Assembly: GCA_041653515.1 (NCBI GenBank)
Contig: JBAZFG010000004.1
Span: 6,568 to 70,567, forward strand
Length of the DNA: 64,000 nucleotides
Direction: 5' to 3'
Origin: Candidatus Nanoarchaeia archaeon
GTDB taxonomy: Archaea > Nanobdellota > Nanobdellia > WJKC01
Position 1 is the stretch's first letter, and every line of letters begins with the position of its first letter. The position numbers were made by a program, and so were the translations under genes. This document shows, in pieces, positions 26,475-35,973 of the stretch. Under the pieces are notes generated by a model. It was not told the DNA's origin and did not search any database. It was given only the letters and a program-made list of their open reading frames with translations.

Positions 26475-27686
26475 ATGGTTCCTGAAATTAATATCGGCAT
26501 GGTAGGTCATATTGACCACGGCAAGACTAGTTTGCTTAAGAGCTTGACTGGTAAGTGGGCCAGCACTCATAGTGAAGAAAAAAAACGAGGCATTACTATC
26601 AGGCTTGGTTACTCAGAGATGATTGTTTATCAATGCCCTGAAGGTGAGTATACTAATCAAGAGAAGTGTTTGGAGCATAATAAGAAATGCAAAGCAGTTA
26701 GGACTATTAGTTTTGTTGACGCCCCGGGTCACGAGACGCTAATGGCAACTATGTTATCAGGCGCGAGCGTGATGGACGCGGCAGTGCTAGTTATTGCTGC
26801 TAACGAGAAGTGCCCTCAACCACAAACAAAAGAGCATTTAGCAGCGTTGAATATAATGAATATTAAAGATATTATTATTGTTCAAAACAAAGTTGACTTA
26901 GTTAATGATGAACAAGCACATGAGTCAATGAATAATATTAAATCATTTGTTAAAGGCAGTGTGGCTGAATCAGCCCCAATCATCCCAATCAGCGCGTTGC
27001 ATGATGGTAACCTTGATGTATTAATTGAAGCTATTCAAGAATTATTTAAGACACCAAAGCGTGACCTTAATAAACCGCCAATAATGTTAGTGTCAAGAAG
27101 TTTTGATGTTAATAAACCCGGCAGCACAATTAATGAATTTAAAGGAGGTGTTATTGGCGGCATATTAAAACAGGGTAAATTAAAGAAAGGGGATGAAATA
27201 ATAATCTTGCCCGGACTAAAATCAGAAGAAGGCGGGGTCACTAAGTGGTTGCCATTAAAAACTATTGTTGAATCATTATTTTACGGTAATAAAGAAGTAA
27301 TTGAAGCAGTGCCAGGGGGTAATTTTGGTTTAAGCACAACAATTGACCCAGGTGTGGCTCGTAACGACGCGCTTGCAGGCAGTCTAGCTTGCACTAACGC
27401 GCACCAACCACCAGTTTTTATTGATAGTATTAATCTTAAAGCTGATTTAATGGTCCGCGTAGTAGGCACTTCAAAGGAATTAAATATTGGTCCATTAAAA
27501 GTTAGTGAACCATTAATGATTAATGCATTCACAGCCAAGACTGTAGGTGTTATTAACCGGGTAGCGCCAGAAAGCATAACTGTTAAGCTTAAACTACCAA
27601 TCGCTATTGATGTTGGTGAAAGCGTGGCATTAAGCCGATTCATCAATAATAAATGGCGGTTAGTTGGTTCAGGGGTAGTGCTTTAA
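26475..27686 (+). CDS. eif2g: Translation initiation factor aIF-2 gamma subunit
   Basis: GHIDHGKTSL, Zn-ribbon CPEGEYTNQEKCLEH, DAPGH and QNKVD. About 403 aa. Confidence 0.85.
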   Translation: MVPEINIGMVGHIDHGKTSLLKSLTGKWASTHSEEKKRGITIRLGYSEMIVYQCPEGEYTNQEKCLEHNKKCKAVRTISFVDAPGHETLMATMLSGASVMDAAVLVIAANEKCPQPQTKEHLAALNIMNIKDIIIVQNKVDLVNDEQAHESMNNIKSFVKGSVAESAPIIPISALHDGNLDVLIEAIQELFKTPKRDLNKPPIMLVSRSFDVNKPGSTINEFKGGVIGGILKQGKLKKGDEIIILPGLKSEEGGVTKWLPLKTIVESLFYGNKEVIEAVPGGNFGLSTTIDPGVARNDALAGSLACTNAHQPPVFIDSINLKADLMVRVVGTSKELNIGPLKVSEPLMINAFTAKTVGVINRVAPESITVKLKLPIAIDVGESVALSRFINNKWRLVGSGVVL

Positions 27687-27734
27687 TTTTTGATACTCAA
27701 GAGTAAGCTTATTTAGTAACTAAATTAATTATCC

Positions 27735-27977
27735 TCACTTCTTCTTTTTGTAGGACATCCAACTCTTAGGGGCTTTGGCTACTTTATCAAAAAGCTCAAA
27801 AACCATTGTCTTAATAGCCATTGAAGTAACTGTTTTTTTGTTCTTAACTTTTTTAGTCACCATTGACGCAATAGTCTTAGCAATTGGTTCTGGCACGCCT
27901 GCACGCTTACAAGCCATAACAATCTTAGCTGATTTATAGCCCTCGAGTGATTTATCCCTCTTAACGACTTTAACCAT
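27735..27977 (-). CDS. Stand-alone ATP-cone domain protein (80 aa)
   Basis: MVKVVKRDKSLEGYKSAKIVMACKRAG... fits the ATP-cone N-terminal consensus (V-KRDG-x-E-F-x-KI-x-A-x-AG). Confidence 0.45.
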   Translation of the reverse strand: MVKVVKRDKSLEGYKSAKIVMACKRAGVPEPIAKTIASMVTKKVKNKKTVTSMAIKTMVFELFDKVAKAPKSWMSYKKKK

Positions 27978-28043
27978 GCGTTAATCTAACGTTTTATGTA
28001 TTTAAAAAAATTTATAATATGATTTTAGCTCAATCTGAATAAT

Positions 28044-28157
28044 GCTTCGGTAGCTCAGAGGTAGTAGCGCTGCTCCGGTACGCTCACTTCGTTTATGTAA
28101 TAACGAGAGTTGAGCCTAGAAAGGCAGAGGTCGTGGGTCCAATTCCCATCCGAAGCT
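28044..28157 (+). tRNA. tRNA with 41-nt canonical 37/38 intron. Anticodon probably GGT (Thr).
   Basis: Acceptor GCTTCGG/CCGAAGC. D-arm GCTC..TAGC. Anticodon stem CTGCT/GGCAG (28070-74 / 28123-27). Loop CCGGTA|A, exon1 ends at 28080, intron 28081-28121. T-arm GTGGG-TCCAATT-CCCAT. Discriminator T28157. C33 is unusual, so anticodon identity is tentative. Confidence 0.65.
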
Positions 28158-28169
28158 TTATAAATTTGT

Positions 28170-28619
28170 GTGCAAACAATCTTGATTATGGATAAATATT
28201 CATTTATCGAAGGACTCACTTATGCGGGAAATAAATTATTAGATTACTTCCAAGACAAGTATTTCACTGAAGCTAACCAATACTTACGCAAGGGCATGAA
28301 TGAGTTATTAAATAATATTAATATTTTTTGTGGGCTTGAAGAAAAATTATTATTAAGCAATAAAAAAGGACTTGAATTAATCAGTGATAGTATTAATTCT
28401 GTTAAGTTAATTCAAGGGCAATACATCAATAAAGGGCTTGATAATGAAAGTTATAACAAAGGGCTTGAACAAATATTCAACTTAATCAACAAGACTTTTA
28501 ATGAAGTTCCTTTTGGCATAAAATTATTGTTTGGTCCTGTACTCAACCCAGCAATTAAGGAATCAAAAAGAATAATTAAGAGCTTAAAGCGACCGCTTAC
28601 TAACCAAGTAAGCAATTAA
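28170..28619 (+). CDS. Hypothetical protein
   Basis: 149-aa ORF. Confidence 0.35.
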   Translation: MQTILIMDKYSFIEGLTYAGNKLLDYFQDKYFTEANQYLRKGMNELLNNINIFCGLEEKLLLSNKKGLELISDSINSVKLIQGQYINKGLDNESYNKGLEQIFNLINKTFNEVPFGIKLLFGPVLNPAIKESKRIIKSLKRPLTNQVSN

Positions 28620-29138
28620 TAATGAGCCAAACGTTAAGCCAATTGTTAACGGAAACATTAAGCTTAATGAGTAATCAGGCAAGTAAGGGTGAGTGCCAAG
28701 TAAGTAATCGGATAAATCACTCAATAACAAGAAGCTTAATACTATTAATAATGATTTTTTAGTGAACTTGAATTTAAGTGAGAGTAATAATTGTTCAAAA
28801 ATTAATAATAAGTGCGCGGCAAGGTTAATTAAATTAATAGCCAGATTATCTGGCGTTACATAAAAACCCCAATAACTAGTAATGACAATCCAAGTCCAAA
28901 GACCATACTTAATACCAGCGCTAACAGTTAGCAAGAACAAAGTGTTATTAGCTTTCTTATTCAATAATAATAATGACGCTGATAATACAAAGAGAAATGC
29001 TGCTAATGGACAGTCAGGCACAAAAACCCACAACAAAGGATTAGTAGCCATTAATTGAGAGCCATAAAAGAATAATGAACCATTAATAAAACCAAATAAG
29101 TTCACTACTACTAACAAATAAAGTAAGTCTTCAATCAT
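28584..29138 (-). CDS. Polytopic membrane protein, hypothetical
   Basis: 184 aa, 5-6 hydrophobic helices. Confidence 0.4.
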   Translation of the reverse strand: MIEDLLYLLVVVNLFGFINGSLFFYGSQLMATNPLLWVFVPDCPLAAFLFVLSASLLLLNKKANNTLFLLTVSAGIKYGLWTWIVITSYWGFYVTPDNLAINLINLAAHLLLIFEQLLLSLKFKFTKKSLLIVLSFLLLSDLSDYLLGTHPYLPDYSLSLMFPLTIGLTFGSLLIAYLVSKRSL

Positions 29139-29192
29139 TAAAAATGATTAATATGGATAATTTAATAAATAATTCCTTTATTTGTTTGAATA

Positions 29193-29735
29193 ATGAGAAT
29201 AATTGGTTTAATGGGTCGGATTGGCAGCGGCAAAGGAACGGTTGGCGAAGTATTAGTTAAGGAGTATGGTTTTAACAGCATCACAATGGGGGACTTAGCT
29301 CGTGAAGAAACTATTAATCGCGGGCTTGAACCAACACGCGAAGAGACCACTAGAATCAGTACTGAATGCCGAATGAATGACCCTGCTTACTTTATTAAAA
29401 AAGCGGTGAGCAAGATAAAAGAGTCAGGGCATGACAAATGGGTGATTGATGGCATTAGGACACCCTTAGATGTTAAGGAGTTCAAGCAATCATTTCCTGA
29501 AATTAAATTCATTAAAGTTGAAGTCTTACCTCAGATTCGCTATGAGCGAATGAAACTTAGGGGCAGAGCAGGTTTCCCTGACTCATTTAACAAATTCATA
29601 GAGCATGAAGCATTAGAGGAAGAGCGTTTCAACTTGAAAAGCACTCTTAGTAATGCTGATTACACTATTGAGAATAACGGGTCTTACGAGGAATTAGTTA
29701 ATAAGACTCGTGAATTAGTTAATAAATTATTTTAA
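29193..29735 (+). CDS. P-loop nucleotide kinase-like protein (adenylate/dephospho-CoA kinase-like fold)
   Basis: Walker A GLMGRIGSGKGTVG at the N-terminus. Confidence 0.5.
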   Translation: MRIIGLMGRIGSGKGTVGEVLVKEYGFNSITMGDLAREETINRGLEPTREETTRISTECRMNDPAYFIKKAVSKIKESGHDKWVIDGIRTPLDVKEFKQSFPEIKFIKVEVLPQIRYERMKLRGRAGFPDSFNKFIEHEALEEERFNLKSTLSNADYTIENNGSYEELVNKTRELVNKLF

Positions 29736-30128
29736 TTGCCTTAGCATGTTAGACTTGCCTTTATCCTTGAAAGCGCTGGATAAATCAATATAATACTTGC
29801 CTTCACTGATATTAATCACTATTGGTTCACCACGCATCAGAGCACTGATATCAATCTCAAACTTGCCTGGACCAAGTGTCTTAATAGTCTCTAAGTCAAG
29901 AATAACTGGTTTACCTGGTGATTTATCACCTAATAAATCCCTAACGTCCCGCTCCATCTCCTTAACATCAGTCTCTGATAAACTATTGCGGATTAACTCA
30001 GCGCTCGCTGATAACTCTTTATCCTTAATGTAAAAGAAGAACCGGCCACCGCAAGCTTCACAACCAGTTAATAATTGCTTTGAGCCATCCTCAATCCTCT
30101 TACCACAACGAACGCATTGATGGGGCAT
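29727..30128 (-). CDS. Zn-ribbon protein, conserved archaeal hypothetical
   Basis: CVRCGKR...CEACGG N-terminal C4 ribbon. Confidence 0.45.
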   Translation of the reverse strand: MPHQCVRCGKRIEDGSKQLLTGCEACGGRFFFYIKDKELSASAELIRNSLSETDVKEMERDVRDLLGDKSPGKPVILDLETIKTLGPGKFEIDISALMRGEPIVINISEGKYYIDLSSAFKDKGKSNMLRQLK

Positions 30129-30162
30129 GGAGTATTCTTAGACCTTGAACTTTAATAAGTTT

Positions 30163-30537
30163 TCACTTAATAAGCAGGCTAATCCGGTCAGGCTCTCTTT
30201 TTATCTGGCTAACTATTTTAGCTGGACCAATAACAGTGATGCCACTCTTGCCTCGAGTTAAGAAATTAACAATTCCCTCTTTAATGCGAGCCAACAAACT
30301 GTTATCACCCATTAATTCGCTACTTGACAGAGACGCTATTTCAACCCCAGAGAATGACTTATTAATGCTCTCCATTGTCCGCTGAATAAGAGCAGTCTCC
30401 TCTTTAGGGTCAAACCGCGCATTAAGCACTACTATTTTCTTGTCCTTGATTTTTGATAGGATTAACTCAACCCTATCCTCCATTGATGACTTCATCAATA
30501 ATTCAACTGGTATAAAATCTAGTGTTAAACCTTTCAT
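30163..30537 (-). CDS. Hypothetical protein (co-transcribed with GTPase)
   Basis: 124-aa ORF, abutting the downstream GTPase gene. Confidence 0.4.
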   Translation of the reverse strand: MKGLTLDFIPVELLMKSSMEDRVELILSKIKDKKIVVLNARFDPKEETALIQRTMESINKSFSGVEIASLSSSELMGDNSLLARIKEGIVNFLTRGKSGITVIGPAKIVSQIKREPDRISLLIK

Positions 30538-30539
30538 TA

Positions 30540-31172
30540 TTATTTTAACCTCCGACTAATATCAAATAACGCGTCATATAAATCATTAAAGCCCTCGCCG
30601 TTCCTAGCGCTCAAACCAATCACTTTATACTGAGGGAAAGCTGAGTTAACTCTCATTATCTTAGCAGTCTTCAAATCAGTCTTGTTAGCAACTATTATCA
30701 CAGGTATCTTCCTTGCTTCAAGGTTGCCAAGAATAGTAATATTAACTTGAGTATAAGGGTCCTTGGTTGAATCCATTACTGCTAACACAACGTCCATATC
30801 ATCAAGCCACTTAATTGCTTCAATAATGCCTTTAGTTGCTTCTCGGGCGCGCTTCTTGGCTTCGTTGCGTTTAATGCCATACTTAATGAATTCTTCAAAG
30901 TCAACTTTAGTGCTAATGCCAGGGGTATCAATTAAATTAATCTCAATTTTTCGACCGTTGCGCTCAATTGCCACTTTTTCTTTTGTCTGAACTTCTCTTG
31001 TTTCATGAGGTATCTTACTAGCAGTCCCTAATTCCTCACCAGTCCATTCTTTACTAATCCAATTAGCAATACTAGTCTTGCCTGCGTTGGGGGGTCCATA
31101 AACGCCTAGCCTAAAAACCTTCTTTTTCCAAAAGAAACGAGCCAAGAAGTTCTTGAAAAAATTAAACGCCAT
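30540..31172 (-). CDS. Small GTP-binding protein
   Basis: G1 GPPNAGKTS, G3 DTPG, G4 NKTD. Confidence 0.7.
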   Translation of the reverse strand: MAFNFFKNFLARFFWKKKVFRLGVYGPPNAGKTSIANWISKEWTGEELGTASKIPHETREVQTKEKVAIERNGRKIEINLIDTPGISTKVDFEEFIKYGIKRNEAKKRAREATKGIIEAIKWLDDMDVVLAVMDSTKDPYTQVNITILGNLEARKIPVIIVANKTDLKTAKIMRVNSAFPQYKVIGLSARNGEGFNDLYDALFDISRRLK

Positions 31173-31254
31173 AATAGTAATTGAGTGCTGTGTGCTTAAA
31201 TTTCTTGTGATATTAGAGAAATGTTTTTATTAAAGACACCCATTAACTTATTCT

Positions 31255-32685
31255 ATGCGAAAAACAATCCTATTAATAGCTTTTATTCTAATGGCTGGGG
31301 TAACAAGCGCGGTTAGTTATGAAGTCACTGGGGTTAAAACAAGAGTATACCCTGAGGAGAGTCTTATTTACAGGATAAACATAATTAACAATGACTCGGT
31401 TAGCAAAGAGGTTTACATTAACAAGTATATGGTGGAGAACACTTTTGGTATGGCTAGCAGTGTTAGGCCGTCAATTAACCTTGTTTTATCACCTAATAGT
31501 TCAACAATCATTAATGTCACAATTCCAGTTAGTAATAGTGTTACTAAAGGGACTTACAGCACGCCATTATTATTCTCTTACGGCAATACCACCACGGACA
31601 GGGTTTATCTTGAATCAGTTATTCTTAGTAAGGTATTAGAACCAATTGAATTGCAAAACATTACGGTCATTAACCCTGAGAGCATTATTCCAGTTCATGA
31701 GTTTAACACAACAGTCACGCTCTTATGCAACATTGAGTCAGTTTACCCGTTAGTTAAAATAACTGTTAGTGATGATAATGGAATTATTTATGAGTCTAGC
31801 AGTGTTCAGGAATTAAAAGAAGGTATTAATGTGTTCAGGCGCAGCGTTAAATTACCTGACCGAACAATGCCTGGCACTTACACTTTATTAGTTGAAGCTA
31901 GTGTTTCGGGCAGGGTTATTACTCAGGGGGTGGGTGATTTAGTAATTAATCCCTACACTTACATTAATTATTCAGCTGGGGTTTATGAGGACTTGTTTGG
32001 TAAACGAGTTAATCGCACTGCGGATAACCTTGGTACTGAAATAATTAACACTAGTGTTAATTACACTACTTCGTTATTAGAGCCATTATTAATTAATCGA
32101 ATATTATTATTAATTAAGAAAGATGGTAATATTATTAGTTCAACTACACCTGTTATTAGTGATTACTTAATTAATGAATTAGTCACGCTTGAATCAGGTG
32201 AGTCAGCTGAATTAATCATTGAGTTTGGTTATGGCTTATTAATTGCAATCCCATTTGTTATTATCTTAGTGATTATTGGTTGGTTCTTCGTGACTAAGCG
32301 AGTAATTGTTAAGAAAGAAATAATTGAATGCCATAAGGATGGTAATGAATTAACCGTTAAGGTTGGAGTTAGTGTTAAGAACGTTTCACTTAGCAGTATT
32401 AATAATGTTAAAATTATTGAGGATTTGCCTGTTTACGCTAAGAAAGCAGGCGCTTTTGGCAGTATTAAGGGTGATATTGACCGCAAGAAAGGTATTATTA
32501 CTTTCCTGCCAGGCCGGCTTGACCCTAAAGAAGAAGTATTATTATCTTATAAATTCAAGACTGATATTGAGTTAGTTGGCAGGGTCTCGTTGCCGCCAGC
32601 CACAGTTAAGTTCAGGGTTGATGATAAAGTAATGATTGTTAAGAGTAATACTACTGGCATTGAATTAATTAAAGGCGGAGAGTAA
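31255..32685 (+). CDS. Secreted surface protein with C-terminal transmembrane anchor, hypothetical
   Basis: Signal peptide MRKTILLIAFILMAGVTSA. Beta-rich body with sequons. Hydrophobic segment LLIAIPFVIILVIIGWFFV near aa 320. Confidence 0.5.
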   Translation: MRKTILLIAFILMAGVTSAVSYEVTGVKTRVYPEESLIYRINIINNDSVSKEVYINKYMVENTFGMASSVRPSINLVLSPNSSTIINVTIPVSNSVTKGTYSTPLLFSYGNTTTDRVYLESVILSKVLEPIELQNITVINPESIIPVHEFNTTVTLLCNIESVYPLVKITVSDDNGIIYESSSVQELKEGINVFRRSVKLPDRTMPGTYTLLVEASVSGRVITQGVGDLVINPYTYINYSAGVYEDLFGKRVNRTADNLGTEIINTSVNYTTSLLEPLLINRILLLIKKDGNIISSTTPVISDYLINELVTLESGESAELIIEFGYGLLIAIPFVIILVIIGWFFVTKRVIVKKEIIECHKDGNELTVKVGVSVKNVSLSSINNVKIIEDLPVYAKKAGAFGSIKGDIDRKKGIITFLPGRLDPKEEVLLSYKFKTDIELVGRVSLPPATVKFRVDDKVMIVKSNTTGIELIKGGE

Positions 32686-32838
32686 AAACAATCTATTCTT
32701 TCATCTTTACATCCAATCTTAGCTCAATAAACCCTTTTCTCGCTTCGCTCCAAAAGTATTTCATCCCAAAATTAATGCGCTTAGTAATCTTTTTAAAACA
32801 ATCTATTCTTTCATCTTTGTATCCCGTCTTAGCTCAAT
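32685..32838 (+). repeat. 44-bp direct repeat x2 (110 bp apart) duplicating the tRNA-Tyr upstream region and the first ~16 nt of the tRNA
   Basis: aaaacaatctattctttcatctttacatccaatcttagctcaat (32685-32728) versus aaaacaatctattctttcatctttgtatcccgtcttagctcaat (32795-32838). Confidence 0.8.
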
Positions 32839-32958
32839 GGTAGAGCGCATGGCTGTAGACCAATACTGGATTCAAAATATTCTCGTGTTGGGGAAAAGCG
32901 TGCATTGAGCAGGCATTCAGATACCATGAGGTTCCCGGTTCAAATCCGGGAGACGGGA
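32823..32958 (+). tRNA. tRNA-Tyr (GTA) with 64-nt intron at 37/38
   Basis: C1:G72 acceptor CCCGTCT/AGACGGG, which is the archaeal Tyr identity. D-arm GCTC-AATGGTA-GAGC. Anticodon stem CATGG/CCATG. Anticodon GTA at 32855-57. Intron 32859-32922. T-arm CCCGG-TTCAAAT-CCGGG. Discriminator A32958. No encoded CCA. Confidence 0.8.
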
Positions 32959-33050
32959 CATTCTTATTCCTCCTGGTTCAAACTCTCGAGTGAAACGAGA
33001 GAGTGCCTGAGCGAGCGATAGCGAGTGCAGAGCATCCGGGAGACGGGACA
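32944..33050 (+). repeat. tRNA-Tyr 3'-end duplication flanking a structured insert (element A)
   Basis: 17-bp direct repeat ATCCGGGAGACGGGACA at 32944-32960 and 33034-33050. Insert 32961-33033 = CATTCTTATTCCT + CCTGGTTCAAAC (T-arm mimic) + hairpin CTCTCG-AGTGAAA-CGAGAG + GTGCCTGAGCGAGCGATAGCGAGTGCAGAGCA. Confidence 0.8.
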
Positions 33051-33059
33051 CTTTTTTTT

Positions 33060-33902
33060 TTAAATTTTAATGATTAATCCGTCGTATGATATTAGGTTTT
33101 TTTGTTTTGAGTGCTTTTTTAATCCACAGTTGATTAAAGCTTGTCTAATCGTGTTGTCCCATTCTTTGTGGTTTTTTGGCGTCTTATAAGGCAGTGGGTT
33201 ATTGTTTGTTATTTCCTCATCACTAAAGTGCGTAAAGTACACATTTTTAGGAGTCCATCTTATTAGGTAATTAATTGCTTGTTGAAAACTCATGTGACCT
33301 GGTTTATTATTAATTGGTTCGTTAAACCAATTGGTTTCAATTATTAGTGAGTCAATTGGTTTTTCAATAATTATTGATTCATTTTCAATGCTATTAAAAT
33401 CAGATGTGTAAATTAATCGCTTGTTATCTTCATCAATTATGTAGCCAGTTGAGCCTGGCGCAAATGAGCCATGATTAGTCTTAAAAGGGGTTATTAGTAA
33501 GTTGTCAAGAGTTAATGATTCATTATATTTTATCGCTTGTTCTTTTATTATTGAGTCAAATAAGTATTTTAGGTCTTTTTTGTTTTTTAAGTAATTAATT
33601 GCATCAATATGAGCATATAATGGTACTTGCCAGTTTTTGTAAGCGCGTCTATAAATATTTAATTCATCAAGACCACCAGTATGGTCTTGGTGTGTGTGAG
33701 TAATTAATAGTGCGTCAATATTTTTTATAGAGTGCTTGATTCTTTGTTCTTTAAAGTCAGGTCCGCAGTCAATAAGCACTTTTTTGTTTGATTCAATTAG
33801 TAATGAAGTTCTAGTGCGATAATCCCTGTAATCAGTTATATTATTGATTAATTCATTTGGAAGACCCCAAGCGTTACCAGTGCCTAGAAAAGTGATTTTC
33901 AT
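33060..33902 (-). CDS. Metallo-beta-lactamase fold hydrolase (RNase Z/ElaC-like possible)
   Basis: ITFLGTGNAWG, LIDCGPD and LLITHTHQDHTGGL (HxHxDH). Start moved to the internal Met (MKITFLGTGN) to avoid overlap with the 33907-34422 ORF. Start coordinate is uncertain by about 1-2 nt. Confidence 0.6.
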   Translation of the reverse strand: MKITFLGTGNAWGLPNELINNITDYRDYRTRTSLLIESNKKVLIDCGPDFKEQRIKHSIKNIDALLITHTHQDHTGGLDELNIYRRAYKNWQVPLYAHIDAINYLKNKKDLKYLFDSIIKEQAIKYNESLTLDNLLITPFKTNHGSFAPGSTGYIIDEDNKRLIYTSDFNSIENESIIIEKPIDSLIIETNWFNEPINNKPGHMSFQQAINYLIRWTPKNVYFTHFSDEEITNNNPLPYKTPKNHKEWDNTIRQALINCGLKKHSKQKNLISYDGLIIKI

Positions 33903-33906
33903 TTTT

Positions 33907-34422
33907 TTAATCATCCCATAATTGATCGAAGTGTTCAAAATCAGGCAGTGATTCAAGCATGGCACTGACAGCTTTACTACTCCTTTGCCAATCAAGCTTT
34001 GCCTGTTTTCTCGAATCACTTTTAAGGTAGGGGTAATCATGCAATGAGTCTGGATTTTCAATCACTTGCATAATTCTGTCATAATAATCAACCCAGTAGT
34101 GGTTATGAAAACCATTAAGCGGAACAAGCTTGCCAGTCAGGCCAACGCGTTCAAGAAGAGGTAGTTCATTGTATAATTGTGTGTGATAAATATTCTTAAA
34201 ATTAAAATCAAGAACAACGCAGTAGGTCTTATACCGAGGATTATCAATAATGTCAATAATAAATCCGTTACGCACTGAACGTTCAAATTTATGTTCGTAA
34301 GTGTTAGTGTTATACTCCCAGTTTAGTATATCATATTTAAGATTTTTAGATTCAGATTTGCTGATTAAATGAAAAAATAAAGACTTGTTATTATCAATTG
34401 TGTTTTCAATTTCGTTTTTCAT
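33907..34422 (-). CDS. Hypothetical protein
   Basis: 171-aa ORF. Confidence 0.4.
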   Translation of the reverse strand: MKNEIENTIDNNKSLFFHLISKSESKNLKYDILNWEYNTNTYEHKFERSVRNGFIIDIIDNPRYKTYCVVLDFNFKNIYHTQLYNELPLLERVGLTGKLVPLNGFHNHYWVDYYDRIMQVIENPDSLHDYPYLKSDSRKQAKLDWQRSSKAVSAMLESLPDFEHFDQLWDD

Positions 34423-34518
34423 AAGTTTAATTTAAGCAGAAATATTATTTTAAATCTGTTATTTAAAAATAAATCAAAGAGTAATATTTTTAATATAAAA
34501 ATTACTATTTGATATAAT

Positions 34519-35481
34519 ATGTTATTATCTGTTAAGGATGAACGAATTATTAAGGGGCTTAATAAGAATAGCAGGCAGTCGTTTACTCAGCTTGGTAAAA
34601 AAGTAGGTCTGCCAAAAAACATTGTTAATTACCGTGTTAAAAAATTAGTTGATGAGGGGGTTATTACTCTTTTTTGCACAACTATTAATCGCGCAAAACT
34701 GGGTTACATGTATTGTAGGTTTTTTTTAAAGTTCATGCATTTTTCTGAAAAAATTGAGGAATCACTTGTTAAGTCAGTTTCAAAATTAAAAAATATACAC
34801 TTTGTTGCAAGACTTGATGGTTCATTTGATTTTTGTATAATATTTCTTGCTAAAACAATTAAAGAAATTGATGACATATATGATTCAATCACTTACTCGT
34901 TTGATAATAACTTAATAGATAAAGAATTAAGTATTGCATCGAGACTTTATTATTTGCCTTATAATTATTTGTATAACAAAAGCGAGCCTGTTTATAGCGA
35001 AGTATTAAATGTTGATAAGACAATTAATTTAGATGAGAATGATTATAAGTTAATTAACATTATTAAAGAAAATTCTAGAAAACCAATGATTGAATTAATT
35101 AATGAACTAAAATTAAGTCCGCAAGTTATTAGGGCTCATATGAAGAAACTAATTAGTGAAGGTATTATAATTGGTTATAATATTAGGGTTAATAATAAGA
35201 AGTTTAATTTAAATAATTTTCACATTTTTCTTAACTTAACAAATATTAATGAGTCTAAGTATCAGGAGATAATTAATTTTTTATTTAGTAAAAAACCAGT
35301 AACACACATAATTAAAGGTTTAGGTAAGTGGGATTTAGAATTTGAAGCAGTTCTTAAATCACATTTTGAGTTACATGAGTTAATTAAGGAATTAAAAGAT
35401 AAGTTTCCAACAAATATTTTAAAGCATGAGTCAGCAATAATTTATGAAGTTTATAAAATTAACACTGTTAAATACTCTTAA
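34519..35481 (+). CDS. Tandem Lrp/AsnC-type HTH transcriptional regulator
   Basis: Two HTH_AsnC-like segments: NSRQSFTQLGKKVGLPKNIVNYRVKKLVDEGVI and NSRKPMIELINELKLSPQVIRAHMKKLISEGII. Confidence 0.55.
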   Translation: MLLSVKDERIIKGLNKNSRQSFTQLGKKVGLPKNIVNYRVKKLVDEGVITLFCTTINRAKLGYMYCRFFLKFMHFSEKIEESLVKSVSKLKNIHFVARLDGSFDFCIIFLAKTIKEIDDIYDSITYSFDNNLIDKELSIASRLYYLPYNYLYNKSEPVYSEVLNVDKTINLDENDYKLINIIKENSRKPMIELINELKLSPQVIRAHMKKLISEGIIIGYNIRVNNKKFNLNNFHIFLNLTNINESKYQEIINFLFSKKPVTHIIKGLGKWDLEFEAVLKSHFELHELIKELKDKFPTNILKHESAIIYEVYKINTVKYS

Positions 35482-35782
35482 ATAAGTGCCTATAGGAATC
35501 TAATTCTTTTATGTGGTGCTTTCCTTGCACACCTAAATAAGTGTAATTGTCATTACCCTCTTCATCAGTGTAGGCATAAATTACGTAAGGAAGTGGTTCT
35601 TCTTCCAGTTTTAATAATTCTTTTAGTGTTTTATTAAACTCTGTTGAGTCATTTTCAGATTCTTTTAATTTTTTTAATAGTTGTTCTAGTGATTTTTCAA
35701 ATTTATTTTTTTCTTTTAAAATAAGTTCACAAGCTTTGTCATATTCACTGTAAATTGAGTATTTTGTGTCAGGCATAATCAA
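35468..35782 (-). CDS. Hypothetical protein
   Basis: 104-aa ORF. Confidence 0.3.
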   Translation of the reverse strand: MIMPDTKYSIYSEYDKACELILKEKNKFEKSLEQLLKKLKESENDSTEFNKTLKELLKLEEEPLPYVIYAYTDEEGNDNYTYLGVQGKHHIKELDSYRHLFKSI

Positions 35783-35973
35783 TTAAAGTATTTATGGTAA
35801 TATGAATTTTGTTTTATTATTTTAATCCAAAAAGAATTATTTAAGATTGTTTAGTTATCTTTTGATATAAATTGTCTTTTGTAATACAATCTAGATTAAA
35901 AAATATTTGATTAATAAACAACAATCACATCACTATTTATATTCATTCTAATTAAACCGAAGATAATTTTTAT

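Noticed and set aside
32961-33050. Possible Nanoarchaeum-style split-tRNA 3' half downstream of tRNA-Tyr
   Set aside because: The segment contains only a T-arm mimic and acceptor 3' strand. There is no anticodon-stem 3' strand or variable region, and no complementary GC-rich leader pairing with a 5' half.
33903-34061. N-terminal 53-aa extension of the MBL-fold ORF (track ORF 33060-34061)
   Set aside because: The extension overlaps the convergent 33907-34422 ORF and precedes a well-conserved MKITFLGTGN start. The internal start was chosen.
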